Shown: positions 43,451 through 52,096 of the stretch, piece by piece
Position numbering within the stretch: the first letter of the stretch is position 1
Layout of the letters: each line of letters starts with the position of its first letter
IMG/VR virus record: IMGVR_UViG_3300045988_099701
Location: 1 to 53,220 of that record
Origin: a virus
DNA: 53,220 nt
Reading direction: 5' to 3' (one strand)
The notes under the pieces: generated by a model
Seen by the model: only the letters and a program-made list of their open reading frames with translations
What the model was told of the DNA's origin: nothing
Databases searched by the model: none
Translations under genes and position numbers: made by a program

Positions 43451-44014
43451 TTACTGTCTGATGTACTTGATTTCAGGGTTGTTTTTCATACTGTAGCCTT
43501 GCAGCCAAGTCTCGGGGATGGGGTATGCTACATCCTTGAGGATTCGCGCCCCATAAGCTGCCGAGACAGTCGGAAATCCATTGGCCTTGGTGTATTCCTT
43601 TGTCGTTTCGATGACGGCGTCCGGAATTTCATCCCCTCCGAGCAGATCAGCGCCTGCTACTGCTTCTGTCATTGCTGCGCTTAATGTGATTTCGTCGTAT
43701 GATTCGTTGGCGGTGCTAATGCTCTTGATGGTGCCGGAGGAATCGCCTACTTTGACGGCATCGTTGATCTGGAACATAGAGCCCTTGATGACACGCGGTT
43801 TGGTTGTGGTACCGCCCTCTACGATTCGTGCCGATTTGCAGATGGTGCACTCCATGTTCTCGAAATCGAGTTTGATAGGCGTTCCCTCTTTGAGTATCGT
43901 GCCTTCCGGATAGGTGCCCTTCACGGCGAAATCACCCGGCAGCACTTCGCGCTCTCCGCGCCAGAATACCGGGAACCCGCCCTTAACTTGTGTCTTTTCG
44001 AATTTAATAGCCAT
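43451..44014 (-). CDS. putative head decoration / auxiliary capsid protein
   Basis: 187 aa between the scaffold and capsid genes. Confidence 0.5.
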   Translation of the reverse strand: MAIKFEKTQVKGGFPVFWRGEREVLPGDFAVKGTYPEGTILKEGTPIKLDFENMECTICKSARIVEGGTTTKPRVIKGSMFQINDAVKVGDSSGTIKSISTANESYDEITLSAAMTEAVAGADLLGGDEIPDAVIETTKEYTKANGFPTVSAAYGARILKDVAYPIPETWLQGYSMKNNPEIKYIRQ

Positions 44015-44028
44015 GTTTGTTGTTGTTT

Positions 44029-44688
44029 TTATTTTGCATCCGGCAGATTTTCAGCCCACATTTTGGCCTCCTCTTTGCTTTGAGCCTCAGATGTGGAGAA
44101 GGGGAATGCCGTTTCCTGCCCCTCAAGCCCTGCGGCAACGAATCGCGTCTGGAGTGCTGCGAACTTCTCTTTGAGCTTCGCTTCGTCCGGATTTTCCTCG
44201 CTCATTGCAGATGCGAGGTTTAGGATATCATCCAATGCCGATTCGTTGATATTTGCCGCCTTGGCCGCTGTGCGCAGCAATGAATCCCGTTCGGCCTTTA
44301 CACGCGCTGCTTCCAAGGCATCGTACTTTGCTTTTACAGCATTTTCACGCTCTTCCTGCTGGCGTTTGTAGGCTTTGAACCATTCGGGCTCTTCGCTACT
44401 GGGAGTAGTATTCGCCTGCCGCTCCCCTGTGGCAGGTTGCTCGATAGGCTTCCCGTCTTTGAGGTTATGCCGCTTCTCGTAGTTCTTGACTGCGGTCTGC
44501 TGCGCATCCCCTGCACGGTAGTCGCCGTAGCTGGTTAACACGTCCTGAAAGCCAATCCCCTCTGCTATGGTAGGTAATTGCGCTTCGTCCGTTACATTCT
44601 CTGACTTCTTCGTTGCGATTCGGTCGAGGATCGCATTGTCCACCCCTGCAAATTTGGTTTGGAGCAGTGCTAAAAGTTTTTCTTTCAT
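44029..44688 (-). CDS. putative scaffolding protein
   Basis: 219 aa, highly charged and helical; position upstream of the capsid gene. Confidence 0.6.
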   Translation of the reverse strand: MKEKLLALLQTKFAGVDNAILDRIATKKSENVTDEAQLPTIAEGIGFQDVLTSYGDYRAGDAQQTAVKNYEKRHNLKDGKPIEQPATGERQANTTPSSEEPEWFKAYKRQQEERENAVKAKYDALEAARVKAERDSLLRTAAKAANINESALDDILNLASAMSEENPDEAKLKEKFAALQTRFVAAGLEGQETAFPFSTSEAQSKEEAKMWAENLPDAK

Positions 44689-44710
44689 ATTATTTTAATT
44701 AATCTCTGTT

Positions 44711-44744
44711 GCAAAGATTTCGACGGGCATTTTAATAACAATGG
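44711..44744 (-). promoter_or_regulatory. late promoter copy 2: CCATTGTTATTAAAATGC-N11-TTTGC upstream of the scaffold gene
   Basis: 18-mer 44727..44744; TTTGC = 44711..44715; 38 nt between the motif and ATG 44688. Confidence 0.55.
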
Positions 44745-44757
44745 GCAGGACGGAAAT

Positions 44758-45135
44758 TTATACTTTTTTTGTACGGTAATTCAAAGCCTCTTTTATGCAT
44801 TCAGATATCCAGCCGACCAAATAACAGAATGGCTCTTGGTTACTGCAATCAATGCGTCCACCGATATAATCGAATATCTCCATAGCCGCATGTGTAGATT
44901 CGTGGCAAACGTACTGGATATTTTGAGCGTTCGCCTTTGTGGCGAACCTGATAAGAACTCCACCCCTTTTATTTGTGATGTCGTATGTACTCTGCGTATC
45001 CGCCGCAGATGTGTCGTCCATATCTGTTATATTTTCAAACCTATCGCTTATTGCAGATGCGCTTTTTTCACCTATCACCACCCAAATTAACCGAGGATAA
45101 ATTTGCGGATCAAATTGATGTATAATAGCCTTCAT
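44758..45135 (-). CDS. small HExxH-motif protein after the portal gene (possible head maturation metalloprotease)
   Basis: ATG 45135 in track ORF 44758..45213; ...IQYVCHESTHAAMEIFDYIGG contains HESTH. Confidence 0.45.
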   Translation of the reverse strand: MKAIIHQFDPQIYPRLIWVVIGEKSASAISDRFENITDMDDTSAADTQSTYDITNKRGGVLIRFATKANAQNIQYVCHESTHAAMEIFDYIGGRIDCSNQEPFCYLVGWISECIKEALNYRTKKV

Positions 45136-45148
45136 TGTCCTAAAAGTT

Positions 45149-46606
45149 TTATTCAGCCGAGGTGTTGATGCTTGAATTCTCGTCTTTTTTGGTCGAAAGG
45201 TTTGTTTTTGCATCCTGGTAAATGCTTGTGGCAGAGGCTTCTTTCATTTGCCTAATTCTTTCGATTTCCTCTTGGTAATTATCTGCAACACCCATTAATT
45301 TTACAGATTCCTCAAGTGAAAGCACTCCATCTGCATAGGCTTTCCCTATGGATTGCCACCTTGCAGTAATGTCTTCGTTGAAGGGCTCCGAAAATTCATG
45401 CTCGATCTTGAGGGTGGCGAGTTTGTCTCTCATATGGATATGAGTTACATTCATCATAATCGCCAAAATGAGATTCTTTTCCCGGTCGACGAGTTCGTCA
45501 TATATCTCTTTTCGATTATCACGCTTGATATATCCGAGAACCATTGCGCGCTTAATGGCTTCACCGGACAAAGTCCCCAATCCGACCATTTTCTCTGGAG
45601 TGAACTCCGGAGTGAAAGTATCGAAAAGTATAGATTCTTTTAAATCCGACTTTTCCTGTTGCCTCGTTTCAGACGACATAGGTGGATTAAGGTATTCAAA
45701 CCGATCATCTTTGCTTGACAGCTTGATCCCCTTTCCGGGGGAATCAGCTTTGGGAAGACTTTTGATAACCTCTGCGGTGGCAATGAACATTGGATCCGCA
45801 AAGTAATTGTTGGTGTCTGCGGTTTTTGAGTCAATACTTTCTTCCCGATCAATTCGGGGCTGCAATCCATCCCATGCCGTATTTTGCTTGTAATAAATGA
45901 TGTTAATTTTACCAGTTGGATTAAGCACTGGGGTCACATCCCAACCTATTTTGGCTTTTCTGCCCCGGAATATAAAAGTGGGTGTATGAATGTCGAAATG
46001 CTCTACTGTTCCGGCGCCCTCCTTCAAATAATACCCACATCCAAATGCGAGGAGGTTACCATATTGGTCGAACATGGGGCGCAAGGTATATCCGTTAGAC
46101 TTCGACAGCACAACTATTTTCACCCAAGGAAGCCCCGTTGCCTCGTCCCTGTAAATGTGATACAGCTTTGCACTTTGGGTTTCGGCTCCGGCCAGCCGTT
46201 TAGCCTGTCGCATCTTACTGTCGAATCGTATTTCTCGAAGGAATTGTTTGTAAGCCGAAAATGCATCGGCATCACCGGATTCGTCGGATACCTTCCATTT
46301 TATCGGATTTCCAAGCAGGAAGAACAATTCCACCTCATTTATATAGCGTTGACGAGTGCGGGGCAATTTCTCCGTGCGGTAATCTTCCTGTCCCTTCCTC
46401 GTTTTGTCTCGACGCCCCATTACGGCGTGGGATTTTGGATTGTATTCGCACAGGGCCTTGGACACTTCGACATCATGATCTTCCATCAAAGACATAGCCC
46501 GGCTGATGTCTTTTGCCTTGATAAGCTCCATTAAATCCCGCTCAACACCTAATGCATTGAGCGTTTTATTTTGGAAAAATGTAAAAAGGCGATCTAAAAA
46601 GTTCAT
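45149..46606 (-). CDS. portal protein (SPP1 gp6-like)
   Basis: 485 aa directly downstream of terL; sequence consistent with SPP1-type portals by eye. Confidence 0.8.
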   Translation of the reverse strand: MNFLDRLFTFFQNKTLNALGVERDLMELIKAKDISRAMSLMEDHDVEVSKALCEYNPKSHAVMGRRDKTRKGQEDYRTEKLPRTRQRYINEVELFFLLGNPIKWKVSDESGDADAFSAYKQFLREIRFDSKMRQAKRLAGAETQSAKLYHIYRDEATGLPWVKIVVLSKSNGYTLRPMFDQYGNLLAFGCGYYLKEGAGTVEHFDIHTPTFIFRGRKAKIGWDVTPVLNPTGKINIIYYKQNTAWDGLQPRIDREESIDSKTADTNNYFADPMFIATAEVIKSLPKADSPGKGIKLSSKDDRFEYLNPPMSSETRQQEKSDLKESILFDTFTPEFTPEKMVGLGTLSGEAIKRAMVLGYIKRDNRKEIYDELVDREKNLILAIMMNVTHIHMRDKLATLKIEHEFSEPFNEDITARWQSIGKAYADGVLSLEESVKLMGVADNYQEEIERIRQMKEASATSIYQDAKTNLSTKKDENSSINTSAE

Positions 46607-46609
46607 TGT

Positions 46610-48034
46610 TTACCAAATATTAATATCACTTAAATCATCGTCTTGTATCGGTGTGCTGCGCTTTTCAAAGCATCCGGTCAGCGCATCGGGGGCATCGTCA
46701 TGCGCATTGCCCCCTTCTTTCATGTATCCCATAATGGCCTGATAGAATTCCGGCCACCTTTTGTCCCAATTTGTCGGGAAAAATGTCATGTTGTTGACGT
46801 CTGCCGACTTGGTAAATATGCGCACCTGCTTATTATCGGTCTGGCAAAAGCAACTAACCGTTGTGTGGGTAATGTTCATCTGGCGAAGGATGCGTTCTAC
46901 ATTGCGCGCAAAGCCCCGCCCTCCGTTATTGCTTTCAATATTAGCCCATTCCGTCCTGTTCCTTGCAAGCATTTCGGCCGTCTTGGGTTCGGTATACTCC
47001 ATGGGCTTTTTTGTGTAGAGCACATCGGTCACATAATTTCCCTCGGGTAATTCGTCGTAACATATCGAACATAGATAGTCGCTTCCCGTATCTGCTGTAT
47101 CGGTGTAATTCTTATGCGTGCAATCTTTGGAGTAGGGGATAACGTCGTATGTTCGGAATTCACGATACATTAATCCCTCAAGAGGCTTGGGATTCTGCAT
47201 GTACTGGGTCTCAAATATGAAGGGATCCGCTTCTTGGTATCGCTTTAATTTATCAAGCGCGAACCGATCCTCCCAAAGTGCACGTTCGGTAGGTAGCCCT
47301 GCATCTAAGATTGCGGGGAATTTGACAACATCCCATTCTCCACCTTCCTCTATCGTGCCTTCAAGCTGCAATAAGTATCCGCAAAAATCATCTGGAGCGA
47401 GCCTTTGAGCTGCTACAATGACCGGGGTGCGAACGTCATTAAGACGGTTCTTGAATGTAGAAGTCCACAGTTCGCCAATGCGCTCTTTGGTAGTACTGGA
47501 GTAGCTATCCTGCGCCTTCATTGGGTCGTCAATACTCATTGCACCGCTGAATTCTTGTGCTCCCAGTTTACCGCATCCAAATCCTGTTATTTGACCCATA
47601 AAGGGAGCCGCATACATTACGCCCCCGCTTGAGGTGGATATACTTCCTTTGGCATTGTTGGACAGTTCGACATTTGGGAAGAATGCGCGGTAATTGGGAT
47701 CCTCCATGATCCTTCGTATGTTCGTAACATTCCGGGTAGTAAGTTGATCGCTACTCGAAAGATGCATGAACTCGGAACGCGGATTGATGGCAAATCCTAT
47801 CGCAGAGAAAGACACGACGGCTAACTCTGTTTTAGAATGTCGCGGAGGAATGTTAAACATGAGCCTATTAGTCGGGTGTTCTCCACGGAGTACTTGGTCG
47901 AGTTTATGGCATATTATTCGATGATGGGGCGCAATCCGAAAAGGTTGTTTGTTCACAGCCTCGAACATTACGGACGTAAATGCCAAACACCCTTCCTTCA
48001 ACAAGAAGTCACCTACACTGGAATAATCAGTCAT
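46610..48034 (-). CDS. terL: terminase large subunit
   Basis: Walker-A-like PPRHSKT, nuclease motifs DTADTGSDYL and NAHDDAPDALT; 474 aa. Confidence 0.9.
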   Translation of the reverse strand: MTDYSSVGDFLLKEGCLAFTSVMFEAVNKQPFRIAPHHRIICHKLDQVLRGEHPTNRLMFNIPPRHSKTELAVVSFSAIGFAINPRSEFMHLSSSDQLTTRNVTNIRRIMEDPNYRAFFPNVELSNNAKGSISTSSGGVMYAAPFMGQITGFGCGKLGAQEFSGAMSIDDPMKAQDSYSSTTKERIGELWTSTFKNRLNDVRTPVIVAAQRLAPDDFCGYLLQLEGTIEEGGEWDVVKFPAILDAGLPTERALWEDRFALDKLKRYQEADPFIFETQYMQNPKPLEGLMYREFRTYDVIPYSKDCTHKNYTDTADTGSDYLCSICYDELPEGNYVTDVLYTKKPMEYTEPKTAEMLARNRTEWANIESNNGGRGFARNVERILRQMNITHTTVSCFCQTDNKQVRIFTKSADVNNMTFFPTNWDKRWPEFYQAIMGYMKEGGNAHDDAPDALTGCFEKRSTPIQDDDLSDINIW

Positions 48035-48614
48035 CGCTCCTGCTCATTTGTATTAATTGAAAGAAACGATCTGTGTTGAATGTCGGCTGCGGAAGGTCAT
48101 TACCTTTAGTGTCAGTGTTGGCAGTTTTCTCCGGGGCATTGTATCCGAGCATGCGGTTGATGGTTTCTATCGCCTTGCTTTTGTCCATCAATTCCACGAC
48201 GGGGCTACCTGAACGGTCAATCTTTATGGACTGGATTAAACGCCGTTTTTCAGGCGGAAGAGATTTTAGGTCTTGGAAAGAAATTGAGGGAACCTGCCGT
48301 ACGCCATATTCGGTTTTCATATCAACCATGTCGGCATCGACAAAGTCGAGTACGTCGGCATTAATGATGGATACATTAAGCCGGATTAGCTCCTCTTTGG
48401 TGATAAGTTCTTTTTCGGCTAATTGGGCTTGAAGTTGTTTTACCCTTACCGTAACCTTACCGTTAGAAAGCAATTGAGATGCCTTGACAGATATCACATT
48501 ATCTGTCATTCTGGAACAGTCATACGCAAAACGATACGCCTCGGATGCGTTGCCGCACTCGAGGTACTTGTTGCAGAACTTCTCCTGCTTTATCGTCAGC
48601 TTCCCTTCTGCCAT
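48027..48614 (-). CDS. terS: terminase small subunit (Terminase_2 type)
   Basis: KLTIKQEKFCNKYLECGNASEAYRFAY is the typical N-terminal HTH; overlaps the terL start. Confidence 0.8.
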   Translation of the reverse strand: MAEGKLTIKQEKFCNKYLECGNASEAYRFAYDCSRMTDNVISVKASQLLSNGKVTVRVKQLQAQLAEKELITKEELIRLNVSIINADVLDFVDADMVDMKTEYGVRQVPSISFQDLKSLPPEKRRLIQSIKIDRSGSPVVELMDKSKAIETINRMLGYNAPEKTANTDTKGNDLPQPTFNTDRFFQLIQMSRSDD

Positions 48615-48632
48615 GAAAAACAATCTCTCAGG

Positions 48633-48666
48633 GCAAAGGTGGGAGCAGGCATTTTAATAACAATGG
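48633..48666 (-). promoter_or_regulatory. late promoter copy 3: CCATTGTTATTAAAATGC-N11-TTTGC upstream of terS
   Basis: 18-mer 48649..48666; TTTGC = 48633..48637; 34 nt between the motif and ATG 48614. Confidence 0.55.
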
Positions 48667-48824
48667 ATTCCGCCCCTAATTTTTGAGGCTTTTATCTTTG
48701 GATGGATTGTTCTAAAAGTTTGTGTTTTCCTCATAGGGAAAACTTACTTTGGTGGTGTTTATTGTTCTAAAGGTACAAAAAACCGTTACGTGAACGACTC
48801 AGATTTTGTGTCACTTTTTTATTG

Positions 48825-49217
48825 CTATTTAACGCATAGCGAAATGATAGATATTCCTATACTTACAAGCGAAACTAAAAAAGCTGCCCACGCCCACCGT
48901 CTATTGCGTTTTATTTCTTGTATTGACAATTCCCTAAATTCACGCTCTTGTCGAAGGGTTATTTCGCGCTCCTGTTGTTGGGCAAATATATATTCAGCAC
49001 CACCATTATCAATTAATACTGCTGTGTTGCACGTTTTTTCTAATGCCAAATTAGATTTGCGAGTGGCCTCATATTCGACCAACGTATTCATTACTCTATC
49101 AGCCTGTGCTTCGTTCTGAGCTAATCGGTAAACATCAACGATAAGTAATGATTTACGCGGGTCGTTTATACTCGACAAAATTTCGTTTGTAAACGAAATA
49201 TCCTCTTTATGAATCAT
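48825..49217 (-). CDS. C-terminally membrane-anchored protein (130 aa, moron)
   Basis: Soluble coiled N-domain then WAWAAFLVSLVSIGISIISLCV TM helix; AT-rich. Confidence 0.55.
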   Translation of the reverse strand: MIHKEDISFTNEILSSINDPRKSLLIVDVYRLAQNEAQADRVMNTLVEYEATRKSNLALEKTCNTAVLIDNGGAEYIFAQQQEREITLRQEREFRELSIQEIKRNRRWAWAAFLVSLVSIGISIISLCVK

Positions 49218-49221
49218 GTAG

Positions 49222-50271
49222 TTACTCTATTTTTATATTGTATTCATTATCGTAAATGTATATATGCACCTTCTTGGATTCCCGCGTCCCGTTATATTCA
49301 GTGCGGGTTACTTTTAATAAATGGCTATCGGCTTCCTGTTCTAAGTATTCAACTGCATACCGTGGCGCTTGGTCATAGGAGCCCGTATATTCATCGAAAA
49401 TCGCTACTTCCTGAACGTCGGATAGTTCGCCATGATCGTAAGCCACTAATTTGATTGATTGATCTGGACTTGTATACGCGAGCCAGGATTCTACATCATT
49501 AGGGTTTATGAGGATGCGAGATTGCGTATAATCTGCATTGGCGAAAGCTGCATCTATTATAGCTGCCGTCGATTTATTAGGTAAGGAATTGAACGTAAAT
49601 GTATTTATTTCATTAATGCTCGAATTATAAAACCATACGGTTTGCTGCTGCGAGTCTGGAGAGAAGAATCTGAGGTATAAATAAAAGAACGGAAAGTCCC
49701 TATACAAATTTCCAAAGTTATGATGACCTACCGCAGCCGAACTGCGCATTTCTTCTAATACCGTCCTCCTGATTGTGTTATTATCCGATGTATATACAAC
49801 AAAGTCAATTCGAGTTCTATTATTTTCCCAATCGCTGTATCTTATTGCGGCTGTGAAGTAATTATCCCCGAATGTTAATTGAGTTGGCCAGATCTCTGTA
49901 ACATCATATTTATATTCCTCCCCATATTCTGTATATCCGACTGGTTTTCCCCAGTCTGTGTAATCATATATGCATTTACGAGTAAAGTAATCGAATACTC
50001 CAAGCCATGCATATGTGTTATTTCGCTTGCCCAATATTACAACATAATCTTTACCCCACCATTCCCGATATGAGGGGGAGGCCACGAAATCGTTGCTGTC
50101 ATCTCCCCAACACTCTGTAATACGAAGTCCTACCGTGTCAACATTGGAAAAATCGAATTTCTTGTTGTAGCCACTTAGTGGATCAAAGCCATCATCATTA
50201 TTGCTTTCTGATGTGCAGGCGCATAATGTTAGTCCAACAATGAATAGTAAGAAGTGTAATAACTTTTTCAT
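49222..50271 (-). CDS. lipoprotein (349 aa, moron)
   Basis: MKKLLHFLLFIVGLTLCAC lipobox; AT-rich; stop lies 4 nt upstream of the next gene's start. Confidence 0.7.
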   Translation of the reverse strand: MKKLLHFLLFIVGLTLCACTSESNNDDGFDPLSGYNKKFDFSNVDTVGLRITECWGDDSNDFVASPSYREWWGKDYVVILGKRNNTYAWLGVFDYFTRKCIYDYTDWGKPVGYTEYGEEYKYDVTEIWPTQLTFGDNYFTAAIRYSDWENNRTRIDFVVYTSDNNTIRRTVLEEMRSSAAVGHHNFGNLYRDFPFFYLYLRFFSPDSQQQTVWFYNSSINEINTFTFNSLPNKSTAAIIDAAFANADYTQSRILINPNDVESWLAYTSPDQSIKLVAYDHGELSDVQEVAIFDEYTGSYDQAPRYAVEYLEQEADSHLLKVTRTEYNGTRESKKVHIYIYDNEYNIKIE

Positions 50272-50512
50272 GAGTTTATGAATTTACCCCTATCGAAATG
50301 AGTTGGTAAGAAAAGAGTAAAAAAATATTTGTGCTATTGAAATAAACCGAAGTTTTTATGTTTTGGCCTGCGGGCGCCCCGGTCATTTTTAAAGGAGACC
50401 GTAATCTCCTTTAAATGTGTAGCTCGATTATATGGAGCTTATTTTGGGTGGTTCTATTTTATCATATTGCTTCCGCTCTAATGAAGATGGCATAAGGCTA
50501 ATTAGAATACCG

Positions 50513-50899
50513 CTATGCCTCTTTTTTTTGGGCGACATCGCCCTTGCTTTTCGCTCTCTCTTCTCGGTACAGGTCAATTAAAGCCCCGTTTTGCCGAATC
50601 AACTCCTCGTTTTGCCGGAGTAGTGAATCTAAGAATCTCTCCATAGTTTTTGGGTTATTTAGTTCAGTTTTCGGTGGCGTGACGTCTTCGCCTCCTTGGC
50701 TGACAGGTTGGTCTTCCATATTGGATATGCCAAAATATTGGAGTATATATCTGGCATTTGCTCTACTCGGCTTGCCTTCTCCTTTCTTCCATTTGCCGAT
50801 AATTGTTTGTGACAATCCAGTCGCTTTGGCGATCTTATACGGAGTGTCTTGTGTGCTTCGTAGTAATTCTACGGCCTTATCTATCAGTTTATCAGCCAT
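50513..50899 (-). CDS. HTH (XRE-like) regulator with C-terminal coiled coil; repressor paralog A
   Basis: PYKIAKATGLSQTIIGKWKKGEGKPS HTH; C-terminal LLRQNEELIRQNGALIDLY. Confidence 0.6.
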   Translation of the reverse strand: MADKLIDKAVELLRSTQDTPYKIAKATGLSQTIIGKWKKGEGKPSRANARYILQYFGISNMEDQPVSQGGEDVTPPKTELNNPKTMERFLDSLLRQNEELIRQNGALIDLYREERAKSKGDVAQKKEA

Positions 50900-50965
50900 G
50901 AAGAGTTTGTACTTATAATATTCTGTAATTATATAATATTATTTGATTGAAAAATACTTCATTAT

Positions 50966-50998
50966 TTTGGTATATACTCAAATAGTTTAGTATATTTG
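50966..50998 (+). promoter_or_regulatory. rightward promoter TTTG-N21-TATATTTG (module A)
   Basis: TTTG 50966..50969, TATATTTG 50991..50998; downstream sequence is homologous to that of the promoter at 51731. Confidence 0.5.
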
Positions 50999-51094
50999 CA
51001 ATGTGAAACCCACAAAGCTGATACAAATATACGATTTAAGATGAAAAACGCAAGCGTGGGGACTGAATATTTGACGATTGTACCTTTTTGAAGG

Positions 51095-51376
51095 TATTGG
51101 TTCTTTGAAATAAGGTAGGGAGTAAAATTTAGAGAGGGCGGGATACGCCCGCCCTCTCAGAGTTATTTGCTGATGGGCTTAACCGTCGTTCGGACGGTCG
51201 TGCGCACCTGCGTCCTAACCCGGATGCGGATTTTTGGCATGATGCAAAATGTTTAAGGGTTAAACATCAGAGCTTGCGCCCTTGCTCGCTTTGAGCCCCC
51301 TTTATTCCCATTGCGAGCGCATATACCCTCCGCTTATAGCTCGGTTTTACTCCTACCTTATTTATTGGTTCTTTGA
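51095..51376. mobile_element. MITE-like insertion: 254-bp element (51109..51362) with 19/18-bp terminal inverted repeats, flanked by a 14-bp direct duplication
   Basis: tattggttctttga at 51095..51108 and 51363..51376; aataaggtagggagtaaaa 51109..51127 versus ttttactcctaccttatt 51345..51362; GC-rich interior with no ORF. Confidence 0.45.
51132..51158. terminator. 11-bp GC-rich hairpin (bidirectional terminator candidate)
   Basis: gagagggcggg-atacg-cccgccctctc; moderately T-rich flanks on both strands. Confidence 0.5.
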
Positions 51377-51688
51377 TGTCAGGTTTTTTATGGTTTCGGC
51401 TTGAAGGCGGATAGTCTCCTGCTGACTGGAAATTAGCTCTAAAAGGTTGGATAGTGACGCATCGGATTTCGATTTAGCGCGCATATCACCATTGCCCGTA
51501 AGCAGCCAGTCACGCGATATTTGCAAGTAATCTGCAATCACTTCCACAGTCTTAATACTGGGCTTTGTTGTTGAATTTGCGAAAATACGGCTTAATGTCG
51601 CCTGAGATACATTGGTCTTAGCGGAAAGTTCATAAGGTGTAATGCCTTTTTCTTCAATTACTTGCCGCAATCTTTCTCCGAAACTCAT
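51362..51688 (-). CDS. XRE-family repressor (CI-like); repressor paralog B
   Basis: FGERLRQVIEEKGITPYELSAKTNVSQATLSRIFAN... classic HTH_3; C-terminal coiled coil; divergent from the rightward early operon. Confidence 0.8.
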   Translation of the reverse strand: MSFGERLRQVIEEKGITPYELSAKTNVSQATLSRIFANSTTKPSIKTVEVIADYLQISRDWLLTGNGDMRAKSKSDASLSNLLELISSQQETIRLQAETIKNLTSKNQ

Positions 51689-51706
51689 AAATTAATCATC
51701 AAATTA

Positions 51707-51738
51707 CTTGCAAATTAATTTCAATATGCTTACATTTG
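51707..51738 (+). promoter_or_regulatory. rightward early promoter (C)TTG-N20-TACATTTG (module B)
   Basis: TACATTTG 51731..51738; sits in the divergent region between repressor B and the early operon. Confidence 0.5.
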
Positions 51739-51853
51739 CATTGTGAAAACGAACAGTTAAGGCAAATATACAGTTTATAAGGGACAACGCCAAGGTAAAA
51801 GTCGGATAATTTGAAGACTTACCTTGAATAAGGTAATAAAAACGGACAACGCG

Positions 51854-52096
51854 ATGAAAGCAACTTACGACAAATCGAAGATCATGAAGAACGCCTGGTA
51901 TCTTAAAAAGGTACAGCCGGGCAAGAGTTTCGGGGAGTGCCTGCGCAAGGCTTGGCGCAACGAGAAGTTGGCGATGCTGACCGCGAAGATCGAGAACCGC
52001 CCGACGGAGCAGCCGAAGGCCACGGAGTACCGCCCCGAACTGCTGAAAGTGCCGACAGGTTTCTATGGTGTCCGAGGAATGTACTATGGTGACTAA
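51854..52096 (+). CDS. hypothetical early protein (80 aa)
   Basis: ATG 51854 in the frame of track ORF 51824..52096; first ORF after the rightward promoter. Confidence 0.5.
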   Translation: MKATYDKSKIMKNAWYLKKVQPGKSFGECLRKAWRNEKLAMLTAKIENRPTEQPKATEYRPELLKVPTGFYGVRGMYYGD

